A stretch of 64,000 nucleotides of DNA. Source: an uncultured Candidatus Saccharibacteria bacterium. Lineage in GTDB: Bacteria > Patescibacteriota > Doudnabacteria > UBA920. The position numbers were made by a program, and so were the translations under genes. This document shows, in pieces, positions 18,160 to 27,932 of this stretch (its first letter is position 1; every line of letters starts with the position of its first letter). The stretch lies in the NCBI GenBank assembly GCA_964532425.1, contig CAZHIA010000006.1, positions 65,343-129,342 of the forward strand, read 5' to 3'. The notes under the pieces are model-generated. The model had not been told where the DNA came from and did not search any database. It saw only the letters and a program-made list of their open reading frames with translations.

Positions 18160-18570
18160 CTAAAAGCACGCACGGGCAGCGGTTCGCATCCGGTCCATTC
18201 GGATGCGGAGAGCTGTTTGCACCCGCACCGTGGTTCCGATGAGTTTTCCAAGGACGTACGGTTTGATTTCCGTGCCAAGGCTGATGAGCAGGCTCGCAGC
18301 AGCTCTTTTGAGCGGAGTCAGCGCGTCATATAATCCTTGCAGATCTTCCAGGTCATCGGCAAACTTCCGGCTTTGAATCTTCCCATAGGTATTCAAAGCA
18401 GCTGTGGCTGAACTGGCTGCGTCCAGAATTCTTTGGGGATCGTGCCCAGAGCTTTCCGATGCGGCGATTGCTTGAGATGCGCTCACGAGTGCATCTAGGT
18501 CAAAAAGCGGATTTAGTTTGGCAGCAGCTCGGTTCCGATTGAGTTCGACAAAATCGGAGAAGGCGTGCAA
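18160..18570 (-). CDS. hypothetical protein
   Basis: ORF only. Confidence 0.4.
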   Translation of the reverse strand: MHAFSDFVELNRNRAAAKLNPLFDLDALVSASQAIAASESSGHDPQRILDAASSATAALNTYGKIQSRKFADDLEDLQGLYDALTPLKRAAASLLISLGTEIKPYVLGKLIGTTVRVQTALRIRMDRMRTAARACF

Positions 18571-18713
18571 AAGCGGTTCAATTACCCCATGAATCCTCCT
18601 GTGGAGTGTCGTTCCGTTAATTTAAGCAAGAAATCGGATTTTGGTCAATAAGGAAACAGGGTGAAAGCTATAAAACCCGGGCTTCACGCTTTGTGAAGCC
18701 CGGGGTAATCGGG

Positions 18714-20453
18714 TTAATGACTGACATATATCGTAACTGGTTTTTGGGCCAGGATATTGCCTGACTTGTCTTTGGCGACAAAATTTAGAGTGTATGGTCC
18801 GTTACCTCTCCAGTTCCAGTTGGTGACATCTGTGTCGAATTCCTTATGGGGGTAATCGGTATTATTCGTAGGCATGTTGACCAGGCCTCCCCCGTCGACT
18901 TGCCAGTACATAGTATAGGCCGACACGTCGGTATTCTGCAGCAAGCCTTTAAAAGGTACGCTCGAACCGCTGACGGTCGCTCCGTTCGTCGGCCACCATA
19001 TATCAATTGTGGAACCGCTGGGTGGCGGAGGGGTGGTAGTACCGCCAGAGGAGTTGATCTTCGCCGCATTATCATTCCAGACATAAAGCTGTGACCAGTT
19101 GTAGTTAAAGACTCCGACTTTAACGGTATATATTCCAGCGCTCGGCAATGTCCAATTGGACTGAAGTGTCTGCGTTTGTCCCCCGGCGAATGTTTGGTTG
19201 TTGAATACTTGTTGGAATACCCGCTGGTTGCTGTTATTGTAGACCTCAACATCAACTATGATCCCAGCAGCCTGGCCGCCGGTATCTGTCACGCTCGTGG
19301 TAATGGCCACATTTTGTCCGGCCGAGGCATTGGCGGGGTTGGTTGTTGCCGTGGCTGTAAATGCAGCATTGCCGGTAGGTGGCGGATTTGGAGAGCCGCT
19401 GCCTCCAAACCATTGAGTCATAACGTCCTGGGCGGGTTTATGCTGCGGCGTGTAGTCTGTATTTCCCGGCCAACCGGCATTCGGATCGCTCTTCCATTCC
19501 CAGAGTTGAACGCCGGCCATATTCGATTGGCGGCTCCAGTAATCGAACAAAGCCGTATAATCATTGGCTTGTTCGGTGCCGTCATAGCCGCTGCCATAAC
19601 TATAGTCCCATGGCTGGGTATGGGATCCTCCGGAACTCTTATAACCAATCTCGGTAAACACCACCGGCTTATTCCAGCGCTGCGAGAGTGGTGTGATATC
19701 GTTGCGGTTAATGCTGTCCCACGCGCTCTCCAGCCCACTCACCGAATTGTCCGAGTAGAGGTTGAAGTAGGCGGAGATGCCGATATAATCGAGACTGTCC
19801 CAAAACTGGATATTATTTTTTTCGTCAGCAAAACCCCCTGACCCCCAATTGGCGCTGTACGTGAGTTTGCCCGAATATACCCCACGTACTTTTTCGATCA
19901 AGGTTTTCCAATTTTGAGTATTGCTGCCATTGGCTGAAGCGGTCGACATATCGATCAATTCGGTCCCAAGACAGATATCCTCGGCTCCGTGGGCTTGGGC
20001 GATCTGGGCGTAATGAATTATAAAGTTGCCGTAATTGGTGAACCAACCGTTCCGATCCGAGGGGTTAATGTACGCGCGCCAGTCGCCTGTGTAACTTTCC
20101 AGATGCGGTTTGATCATTACTTTCATGCCTTTGCTGTGGATGTAATCAATGGCTGATGCTAACGACTGGTCGGTGGGTGTATCCCCGCCGGTTTGGATGT
20201 CGGTTGAATAGAGGTTTGACTGGTACAGGTTAAAGACTAGAGAGACATAGTTGGCGTGCGTAGCGGCGAGGTTATCTACGCTTTGCATGAACGAGCTGCT
20301 GCCGAAGTCTCCATTCCAGGTGGCACGAATGCTTGCGCCTTCTTGCCAGCCTGCTATTGATGCCTGCGCATGTGGAGGTTGCATGAACATACCTCCCGCA
20401 AGCAGCATTATCAGACTCGCAACTGATAATCGAGTTAAGTGGGTGTTGCGCAT
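18714..20453 (-). CDS. secreted glycoside hydrolase (clan GH-A TIM-barrel; GH5/GH26/GH113-like) with C-terminal beta-sandwich domains
   Basis: Signal peptide. LGTEL acid/base candidate and VVFTEIG nucleophile candidate, strand-end glutamates typical of GH-A. The C-terminal region is Thr/Asn-rich. Confidence 0.6.
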   Translation of the reverse strand: MRNTHLTRLSVASLIMLLAGGMFMQPPHAQASIAGWQEGASIRATWNGDFGSSSFMQSVDNLAATHANYVSLVFNLYQSNLYSTDIQTGGDTPTDQSLASAIDYIHSKGMKVMIKPHLESYTGDWRAYINPSDRNGWFTNYGNFIIHYAQIAQAHGAEDICLGTELIDMSTASANGSNTQNWKTLIEKVRGVYSGKLTYSANWGSGGFADEKNNIQFWDSLDYIGISAYFNLYSDNSVSGLESAWDSINRNDITPLSQRWNKPVVFTEIGYKSSGGSHTQPWDYSYGSGYDGTEQANDYTALFDYWSRQSNMAGVQLWEWKSDPNAGWPGNTDYTPQHKPAQDVMTQWFGGSGSPNPPPTGNAAFTATATTNPANASAGQNVAITTSVTDTGGQAAGIIVDVEVYNNSNQRVFQQVFNNQTFAGGQTQTLQSNWTLPSAGIYTVKVGVFNYNWSQLYVWNDNAAKINSSGGTTTPPPPSGSTIDIWWPTNGATVSGSSVPFKGLLQNTDVSAYTMYWQVDGGGLVNMPTNNTDYPHKEFDTDVTNWNWRGNGPYTLNFVAKDKSGNILAQKPVTIYVSH

Positions 20454-20584
20454 AGTGGTATATATTATTTAAACTGCCAAAAATCGCGGACTTGCCGTAT
20501 CACACAAAATCGCATAAAACCGTTTTGGCAGATTTTCAAAGCCCACCCATAATGGGTGGGCTTAGAGATTTTGCCTGGTGTCAC

Positions 20585-20842
20585 CTAGACGTTTCCTCGC
20601 CCTGTCCAAACCGCACGGCTGATCCAGATGAGCACAATGCTGCCCAAAATGGCTACCAACAGGCTGGAGAGGTTGAATCCGGACATTCCCCGACCGCCGG
20701 CGAGCGTCATGATCCAGCCGCCAAGGACTGCGCCGAGGATGCCTAAAATAATGTCACCGAGTATGCTGCGATTGCTTTCGGTAATGAGCGACGCAATCCA
20801 ACCGGCGACCCCACCTAATACTATCCAAAGGATAATATTCAT
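20585..20842 (-). CDS. GlsB/YeaQ/YmgE-family small membrane protein
   Basis: Gly-zipper-rich two- to three-TM protein (GGVAGWIAS...GILGAVLGGW). GGAGG SD before MNIILW. Confidence 0.6.
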   Translation of the reverse strand: MNIILWIVLGGVAGWIASLITESNRSILGDIILGILGAVLGGWIMTLAGGRGMSGFNLSSLLVAILGSIVLIWISRAVWTGRGNV

Positions 20843-21017
20843 ATGTAAGCCTCCACGTGACCGGCCGTGGTTCTTCATGGCCGGAACACCGCAATTCGAT
20901 GCGGTGTTAATTATTGATTAGTGCACAGTTTCTGACGTATTGTGCCAATATCCCTTACGAAAACAGACCCTCGGGAGTGTGGGGGTCTGTTTAATCTGTA
21001 AAGCTGTTGCGAGCGGG

Positions 21018-21893
21018 TTACTTGAGGAACTTTTGTTTGTTCAGCAGATGCTCTTCATATGTTTTGCTATATACCGGTTCTCCGCTCGGTTGTTTGTGAA
21101 GGAAAAAATAGTAATCGGTAGATGTCGGGTACAGTACGGCCATCAGTGACGATAGTGAGGGGTTGCAGATTGGCCCCGGTGGCAAGCCGGCGTGTCGGTA
21201 GGTGTTATAGGGGGTATCGATCTGCGTATCAGCTTCGCTGACTGCCGGCGTATTCTTTTTGGTAACGTAATTGATGGTTGCATCGCTGGCCAGCGGCATA
21301 CCGGCCTTCAGGCGGTTGTAAAAGATACCGGCGATGATCTTGCGCTCGTTATCCAGAGCTGTGCGTTGCTCGGCGGAAACTGCATTACGCCCGGTTTCCC
21401 GCTCTACGATAGAAGCCAATATGACTGCCTGGTGAACCGACATGCCGAGCTCCTGGGTCCTGCTACGCATTTCCGGTGTGAATTTTCGTTCGAAGTTCGC
21501 GAGAGCTTTTGCGATAAGCGTTTCAGCGCTGGCGGTGGGACTCGACGCGTTAATCGGTACAAAATATGTATCCGGAAACAAATACCCTTCTAGGCTGGAA
21601 CTGGCTGGTTTGTGGGCGATATCGGGAAAATCGTTCAGCGGAAAAGCCTGGGCAATCCGATAAAAATCAGCAGGGGTGGTAAGATGTTCCGGCTCTCGTT
21701 TATCATGGTGGTCAAGATCTCGAGCTATATCGTCCATGGTCCACCCTTCGATGACAGTGACTTTCGCCTGAGGTGCCTGGACAGTTGTTGCCGGTGTGCG
21801 CTGGTGGCGGCTTTTGACATAGGAAATACCGGCTGCCGCTGCAATAGCCGTGATGATGACCGCGATAATGATGGATAAAATAAAGCGCTTCAT
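21018..21893 (-). CDS. mltG: endolytic murein transglycosylase MltG (YceG-like)
   Basis: N-terminal anchor. Motifs LEGYLFPDTY, ASIVERE and GLPPGPI. Confidence 0.85.
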   Translation of the reverse strand: MKRFILSIIIAVIITAIAAAAGISYVKSRHQRTPATTVQAPQAKVTVIEGWTMDDIARDLDHHDKREPEHLTTPADFYRIAQAFPLNDFPDIAHKPASSSLEGYLFPDTYFVPINASSPTASAETLIAKALANFERKFTPEMRSRTQELGMSVHQAVILASIVERETGRNAVSAEQRTALDNERKIIAGIFYNRLKAGMPLASDATINYVTKKNTPAVSEADTQIDTPYNTYRHAGLPPGPICNPSLSSLMAVLYPTSTDYYFFLHKQPSGEPVYSKTYEEHLLNKQKFLK

Positions 21894-22025
21894 AGTAAAT
21901 ACAATATCCGTGAAACGGCTGAGTAGTATTGCCAGTTGCTAAATTAGCAGCCGATAGATAGTAAACATCCAATAAGAGCATGCTTATTGGATGTGATAGT
22001 TCAATGTATTTAAAACGTATTCTCT

Positions 22026-22466
22026 CTACTCCCCTATAACCTTCAGATACAATTCGCGGCTTCTGCCGCCGTCAAATTCCACAAAAAAGATGCTTTGCTT
22101 GCCACCGAGGAGTAATGCGCCGTGCTCGATGATCAGGGTTTCCGAAGAACCGGCCAGGAAAGCTTTGACATGGGCGTTGCCGTTTGAACGCTCGTTCGGT
22201 GCGACATTCTGCCTGACTTCGAACAGGTCGTGACTGTAACTCATATCCATAGGAACCAGGCGGTAAACCGCTTTCATAATATCCTGCATGAGCAGCGGTT
22301 CATTGTGGTTAATTCGAACCGTCGCGGTGGTGTGCGGGCAGAACAGGACTGCCATCCCCTGCATGATGTTAGTATCGGCCACTGCTGCCTTGATTTTATC
22401 AGTGATATCGATCAGCTCAAACTGTTTCTGTGAATTGAGGTAAATTTTTTTGAAGATGTTTTTCAT
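22026..22466 (-). CDS. YjbQ-family protein (UPF0047)
   Basis: FCPHTTA...RIN core typical of YjbQ. Confidence 0.65.
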   Translation of the reverse strand: MKNIFKKIYLNSQKQFELIDITDKIKAAVADTNIMQGMAVLFCPHTTATVRINHNEPLLMQDIMKAVYRLVPMDMSYSHDLFEVRQNVAPNERSNGNAHVKAFLAGSSETLIIEHGALLLGGKQSIFFVEFDGGRSRELYLKVIGE

Positions 22467-22510
22467 TTGTGTTTACGATTTACGCTAATAGTATACCACA
22501 AAATCGGCAG

Positions 22511-24184
22511 TTATGCCTGTTTGGCAAAGTCAAAGGAACTGGCTTTGAGGTTGCTGTTGAGCGGTAAAGTGAAGATAAAATGCGAGCCTTTGCCGATTCC
22601 GCCGCTTTCCACCCATATCTTGCCCTGATGCTGGTTGATGATAACTTTTGCTACATAAAGCCCGAGTCCCAGTCCGGCGCTTTGTTGTATGGACTCTTTG
22701 CCGCGGGTATATTTCTCAAAAATCGTGCTAAGGTCCTCGGTTGGGATGCCTTTGCCCGAATCTTCAACTTCGAAGCGGACCTCTTCGGTATTGTAGGTCA
22801 GGCGAATCTGGATGCTGCCGCTCTTGGTATACTTGATGGCGTTATCGACAAGATTGTTAATGACCTGCCGCAGCTTCTCCCGGTCTGCAGTCACGAGCGG
22901 GATATGGTCTGATTGGGCTTTTAAGGTCATCTTTAAGTGCTTTTCTTCCGCCAGAGGGAGTAGCTGCTCGTAGGTGATGTGTGTCAGTTCGAAGATATCA
23001 ACTTTTTCGAAGAGAAATTCCATCTTGCCGCGTTCGATGCGGGAGACATTCAAGATGTCCTCAATCAGCGAAATGAGAAGGTTGTTGGCGCGGTCGGCCT
23101 TGGAAAGTGCCTCGGTAACGTCCTTAGGGAGCTTGCCGAAGTCTCCGGCAATGACCCCGCTCAAATACCATTTGACCGTGGCTGGCGGCGTGCGCAGCTG
23201 GTGGCTGGCGATGGAAATAAATTCAGCTCGCGCTTTGTCGAGGGCTTTAAGCTGCTGGTTGGCGTCAGCCAGTTCCGTGGTCAGTTTTTCCAGCTCTTCG
23301 CGCTGCTGGACCTCCTGGATGACTGAGCGAATCAGGATTATCCCAAGGCTGAGAAGCAGCAGGAACAGGAACGAACGGAAAATGAGGATGGTCAGCGAAT
23401 TGGAGATAATCACTTCCACGAACACGGCACTGGTCAGCACGAAGACCGCGATCTCTGTGGACAGGATTTTGGTCTGCAGGAGTTTGTGGCGAATAATGGC
23501 ATAGCTCATACAGATGATGAACGGGAAGAAAAATAGTCCGCCAAGGGAAATGAAGCTGGAATTGTTCGAGATGGTCGGCAGTACGAAGTTGAAGTTAATG
23601 ACCAGGCTGAACGTGATCAGCGTGCCGATCAGGATAATAATCAATGGTTTTTTTGCCTTATCATGGGTGGTGGCAATTTTTTTTGCCAGGAGGAAGATGC
23701 CGGAAAGAACCAATCCGGAGGCAACCATCCCAAAGACCCCAATAGCCGGCCCATTCTGGATGCTGATCACTCTGCCATACTTATCGGTTTCTGCGACTCT
23801 TTCAAAGACCCACGGAGTCAGGGTAGCCAGGGCGCCAAACGCTGCTATGGAATTGACTGCATACTTGAACCAGTCGGGAAAATGCTTCTCCTCGTCAGGG
23901 AACACGTAAAATAAGCTGAATAACAGGTATGCTTGAACGATAGCAAGAAAGATTTCGAGGCGAAAGAACCACAAGGCGATTGTCGGATCGGAAATTTGGT
24001 AGGCAGAATAGTTAACGGCTCCCCAAACGCTCGTAATAAGGGAGAAAGCTAAAAAGAGTTTGCTGCTCAGGTTATTCTTATTATTCAAGTAGACGGTAAA
24101 CGCCAAAATGACGGTAGCGGCCATAGCCACACCGAGGGAAAGCAGGTCGACGTTTTGCAGAAGGGCAAGGCGGATGATGCTCAT
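22511..24184 (-). CDS. sensor histidine kinase with multi-TM N-terminal sensor region
   Basis: About 8 TM helices. H-box SHQLRTP. HATPase motifs DSGKGIP and GLGLGLY. Its start overlaps the stop of the upstream nitroreductase-like gene. Confidence 0.85.
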   Translation of the reverse strand: MSIIRLALLQNVDLLSLGVAMAATVILAFTVYLNNKNNLSSKLFLAFSLITSVWGAVNYSAYQISDPTIALWFFRLEIFLAIVQAYLLFSLFYVFPDEEKHFPDWFKYAVNSIAAFGALATLTPWVFERVAETDKYGRVISIQNGPAIGVFGMVASGLVLSGIFLLAKKIATTHDKAKKPLIIILIGTLITFSLVINFNFVLPTISNNSSFISLGGLFFFPFIICMSYAIIRHKLLQTKILSTEIAVFVLTSAVFVEVIISNSLTILIFRSFLFLLLLSLGIILIRSVIQEVQQREELEKLTTELADANQQLKALDKARAEFISIASHQLRTPPATVKWYLSGVIAGDFGKLPKDVTEALSKADRANNLLISLIEDILNVSRIERGKMEFLFEKVDIFELTHITYEQLLPLAEEKHLKMTLKAQSDHIPLVTADREKLRQVINNLVDNAIKYTKSGSIQIRLTYNTEEVRFEVEDSGKGIPTEDLSTIFEKYTRGKESIQQSAGLGLGLYVAKVIINQHQGKIWVESGGIGKGSHFIFTLPLNSNLKASSFDFAKQA

Positions 24185-25263
24185 GGGGTGTTTTTGTATT
24201 CTACCTGAATAGGTAGTTTCGATGAATAATCCGTAGCCGGTTGAGCCTGGCCGATGCGCAGGATCATAGCCAGAGTTTGTCCCTGGGTCGAAAGAATTTC
24301 TTCAATTTCCCGATAAGATTCTTTGACCAGTGCAATATGGGATGGGTGCAGGGAGCCTGTCTGGTTAGCGTTGATGCGGTGCATAAGGAACAGTACTCCC
24401 GTAACTGGATGGGCGGACAAGCCGAGAGCTGTAGCTTCCAGCCAGATCCGCTGCGTTACCCGCCCAGCTTCCAGGAATCCTGCCGCATCGCTTTTGTTAT
24501 TCGGAACGCTTACTGCAACCAGTGCGCCCGAAGCCGCGTAAAGTTTGGCATTCTCATTGGCAATAATGCGGGAGAATCCCAAGCGATTGAGGAATTCTGC
24601 CCGGGCGCTGACGGAGTATTGTTTGAAGATGAAACGCGCAATAGCGTTCATTTCCAAAGTAGTGACATAGAGTCCAGTTCTGACTTGGCGTTCCTGCTGC
24701 TGGGTCCAGACTACATGATGGAAAAATATTTGTCTGAGGGTTGGTGTTTCCAGGACCGTGCGTTCATTGGCGCTGAGAGCCTTACCGAGGCGTTTGAGCT
24801 GTTCCTTGTCCTCACAAATAGTAATTTTGCACAGGCTATCGCCTCCCCTACTGCCGCAAGCGAGTATGCGGTGTTTAGCCGCATCCTGCAGTTTTTCGGC
24901 AAGGTAATGCCGGCGGTTGGTTTGCCGCTTTGCTATATAAGATGCGAGCGGATCCTGCGGAGTATTCGATTCAATCAAAGTAATTTCGGCGGTCAGATCG
25001 GGATTGCGATCATTCGGTAACAGCTTTACCTCGGCAGACAGCCCGTGCATGCTCGCGGCGATCATAATGTTCTCGATGAGCGCTCCATGTGCCAGGTAAG
25101 ACCCCTTCTGTTCATAGTTGTAGAATGGAATGTCGCGCTCGGGAAGGTTAAAGGTCCGTATGACCGATCCACTGACTTCAAAACGCCACGGCTGCGAATT
25201 ATCCCCGGACGGGGCATGCGCGGCAAGTTTTAAAATTTCACTAATGGTCTGTTCGGTGATCAT
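24181..25263 (-). CDS. nitroreductase-fold (SagB/McbC-type) FMN-dependent dehydrogenase-like protein
   Basis: N-terminal SGDNSQPWRF motif of the nitroreductase superfamily. About 360 aa, consistent with a double nitroreductase-like fold. Confidence 0.6.
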   Translation of the reverse strand: MITEQTISEILKLAAHAPSGDNSQPWRFEVSGSVIRTFNLPERDIPFYNYEQKGSYLAHGALIENIMIAASMHGLSAEVKLLPNDRNPDLTAEITLIESNTPQDPLASYIAKRQTNRRHYLAEKLQDAAKHRILACGSRGGDSLCKITICEDKEQLKRLGKALSANERTVLETPTLRQIFFHHVVWTQQQERQVRTGLYVTTLEMNAIARFIFKQYSVSARAEFLNRLGFSRIIANENAKLYAASGALVAVSVPNNKSDAAGFLEAGRVTQRIWLEATALGLSAHPVTGVLFLMHRINANQTGSLHPSHIALVKESYREIEEILSTQGQTLAMILRIGQAQPATDYSSKLPIQVEYKNTP

Positions 25264-26405
25264 AAACCGATCGTGCTTAAGAATGCTCGGGTGTGCTCTT
25301 GGCGTTCCTGTTCTTTTTCCGCAGTTGCATATCCGGTCTCAAAAATAGCATCCAGGTTGACCTGGTAACGGCCGGAAGCAGGATCCGTGTCTTTCGTCAC
25401 AATTTTGCGTACCAGGTACGGGATAACGCTGCCACACAGATTTGCTGCCGTGCCGAGCTGTGGCCAGGAGTACAGGGTGCGACCGACTTCGAGTACCGAA
25501 TCCTGCATCCGCGAGGTGGCTAATTCGGCTCCGGCGATGCGCGCAGCGGCTTTGGGGAGGTCCTGCGGAGAGAGTTGTTTGAAATGTTCCGCGGTCATAT
25601 CCCCCACCAGCCCGTTCAAAATCGGTGCATCAGGATTTCGGTCATAGCGCTCAACATCTACGAAAATATTATCGCCGTTATCAGTGCCCATGAGGACCGG
25701 AATGTGTCTGGCCTTTGCCGCCTCGCGGACTTTCAGTTTGAAGTAGGGCTGGTCCATTTCTTCGATCAGGATGTCCGCGCCGTCCAAAAATTCTCCCAGA
25801 TTGCCGTCGTTGAGCCCTTCGGGGTATATTTTAATTTCCGCATACGGGTTGATCTCGTATATCTGCCGGGCTACCAGCAGAGTTTTATTCAGCCCGACGC
25901 TGGTTATGCCGATTCTCAGCCGGTTGAGGTTGGATCCTGAGACTTCGTCGGGGTCGGCCAGACGCAAGTGCTTCGGACCGCCGTTCATGGCCAAGACCGC
26001 AGCCGCATGGCTTCCTACGCTTAAGCCGGCAATAGCCGCGGTGGCCTGGTAGTAAGTTTCTTGTTCATCTTTGGTGATGAGGTTGCGGTTTCTTCCCGTG
26101 CGCATTTCCAGAAATTCATGTTCCGGCAGTACGTGCACGAGTTTGGAGAGCCACGGGTAATAAAACCAGTTGCCGCAATCCTTGAGTGGTCGTCCTTGGC
26201 AGTACAGGGTAACAAAACCGGCGAGTTCCGCCTGATGGTCAGGCTGGAATCGGAATTGTGGGTTACGTAGCAGGAAGAGGTCTTCCAACAACGTTTCGTA
26301 CCGGTCGATAACCTCGACCTCGGATGATTCCTGCAGCTGCTTGAATAAGCGGTTATTTTCCGATGTGACCAAAAGGGGTTGGTGTTCCTGAGAGGGAGTC
26401 TTCAT
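25260..26405 (-). CDS. ThiF/MoeB/E1-like adenylyltransferase-family protein with N-terminal extension
   Basis: Rossmann motif GLSVGSHAA plus a downstream acidic residue pattern typical of the E1-like fold. 4-nt overlaps with both neighbours. Confidence 0.6.
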   Translation of the reverse strand: MKTPSQEHQPLLVTSENNRLFKQLQESSEVEVIDRYETLLEDLFLLRNPQFRFQPDHQAELAGFVTLYCQGRPLKDCGNWFYYPWLSKLVHVLPEHEFLEMRTGRNRNLITKDEQETYYQATAAIAGLSVGSHAAAVLAMNGGPKHLRLADPDEVSGSNLNRLRIGITSVGLNKTLLVARQIYEINPYAEIKIYPEGLNDGNLGEFLDGADILIEEMDQPYFKLKVREAAKARHIPVLMGTDNGDNIFVDVERYDRNPDAPILNGLVGDMTAEHFKQLSPQDLPKAAARIAGAELATSRMQDSVLEVGRTLYSWPQLGTAANLCGSVIPYLVRKIVTKDTDPASGRYQVNLDAIFETGYATAEKEQERQEHTRAFLSTIGL

Positions 26406-27925
26406 CGTTTTGCAAGTGAATTTTTAATAGCCCATCGCTGCTTTGTCCCTGGCGCAAAATAAGTCTTGTCTTCGTATGGCCAGAAGACGACGAGTGGATC
26501 GGTCTTGCCTCCGTATTCCTCCCGCGTTTTGCGGTATTCGGAATTTTCTTTGGTCAGGGTTCGAATAATGGCTTCCCGGCAGGCTCGGTTCAAACTGTCG
26601 GTGGACTGTATGCCGCGCTTGAGTTCAATATTGACGACAAAACGCTGGTCGGCATTTTTATTTTCACGAACCTGCATGCTGAACTTGCCTGTGATGGCTT
26701 TTTGCAAAGTTTTTTCAGTCAGGGCCTTGCGCACGGTTTGCGGATAGATTTGAAAAGCAAAAAAACTGACCGAAAAGTCGCTTCGTTCATGCACGTAGAC
26801 AAATGGCAGTTGCCACAGGGTGTCGCCCAGTTGCTTGTTGCCGGCTTCCATTATGAGATTCCTATCATGCAGCTGCCAGAGCGACTGCATCTGCTGAAAC
26901 GGGATAACCCCTCCCCTGTCCTTGAGGTCATAACGGACCAGAGGCAGTCCGGCACGGCTGGTGCAGGCAAGCTGGTTATTTACACTTTCGAAGAAAAATT
27001 GTTCCGGCAAATACTGGGTAAGGGTAGGCAGTTTGAATTTTTCGTTAAATAGGCTTTGGTACAACTTTTGATTCTTCACGGCTTCGCGGCGGATATAGAT
27101 GGAAACTGGCGTTTCATATGACATAGTTCCTAAATCTACAGTGCCATAGTGGTTTAAAGTGCTACGATATGGGTCTTTGCATCCGCAGGTCTTGAGAACG
27201 AAATCACGAAATTGTTCGCTGAAGCCTTCAGCAGAGAAGATGAAGCCAAGAGAAGTATCGGACCACTTGATGCCTTCGGCCAGCCCGTCTTCCAGAACAT
27301 CTTTCAAAAACGGAGCATACGCGCCGATGATGACCTGGTCGAATTTGTCCTTAAGGTTTTTGAAGGAGTTCAGAATCTCGCGCTTGTTAATCCCTGGCGT
27401 GATGATGCTCAGCGGATATTGCCCGCGCTGGGCAACTAATTGCACCGCTTCGTATGTGAAGACTCCCCCGATCCAAACTCCCATAGGGAAGGCATTTATA
27501 TACAGCGTGCTTTTGGAATGAATGGAAAAATTGGTCCGCAGGTATAACTCAGCCGTGAGGGCATATTGCAGGTCCTGTTCTCTGGTCCTTGGGAAGTAAA
27601 ACGGATTGCCGGTGGAACCGGAGGTGGCAGAAATGGTCCAAGCCTGGCGCTTGAACGCGCCGTCCCAGCAAAGGGCTTCTAAAGGATAACGCCGCAGATA
27701 ATCATCCTTGCTGGTCAGGGGTAGCTGCTGAAAATCCGAAAAAGTCTGGATCTTTTCCGGCTTGACCTTATTGATTTTTAGAAAATCCTTATAGGCAGGC
27801 ACCCGCGCGGCCATTTCCTGGAACAACTCTAATGCTTCCTGTTGCCCGCGTTGTTCCCAGTAGCGTGCAGGACGGGTTTTGAGTTGTTTTTCCAATGATA
27901 GGACAACGGCAGGTTTTATAGCCAT
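26402..27925 (-). CDS. adenylate-forming enzyme (PaaK/F390-synthetase-like ANL superfamily)
   Basis: Motif TSATSGSTGNPFYF corresponds to the SSGTTGKP P-loop of phenylacetate-CoA ligase-like enzymes. 507 aa. Confidence 0.55.
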   Translation of the reverse strand: MAIKPAVVLSLEKQLKTRPARYWEQRGQQEALELFQEMAARVPAYKDFLKINKVKPEKIQTFSDFQQLPLTSKDDYLRRYPLEALCWDGAFKRQAWTISATSGSTGNPFYFPRTREQDLQYALTAELYLRTNFSIHSKSTLYINAFPMGVWIGGVFTYEAVQLVAQRGQYPLSIITPGINKREILNSFKNLKDKFDQVIIGAYAPFLKDVLEDGLAEGIKWSDTSLGFIFSAEGFSEQFRDFVLKTCGCKDPYRSTLNHYGTVDLGTMSYETPVSIYIRREAVKNQKLYQSLFNEKFKLPTLTQYLPEQFFFESVNNQLACTSRAGLPLVRYDLKDRGGVIPFQQMQSLWQLHDRNLIMEAGNKQLGDTLWQLPFVYVHERSDFSVSFFAFQIYPQTVRKALTEKTLQKAITGKFSMQVRENKNADQRFVVNIELKRGIQSTDSLNRACREAIIRTLTKENSEYRKTREEYGGKTDPLVVFWPYEDKTYFAPGTKQRWAIKNSLAKR

Positions 27926-27932
27926 GGGCAGG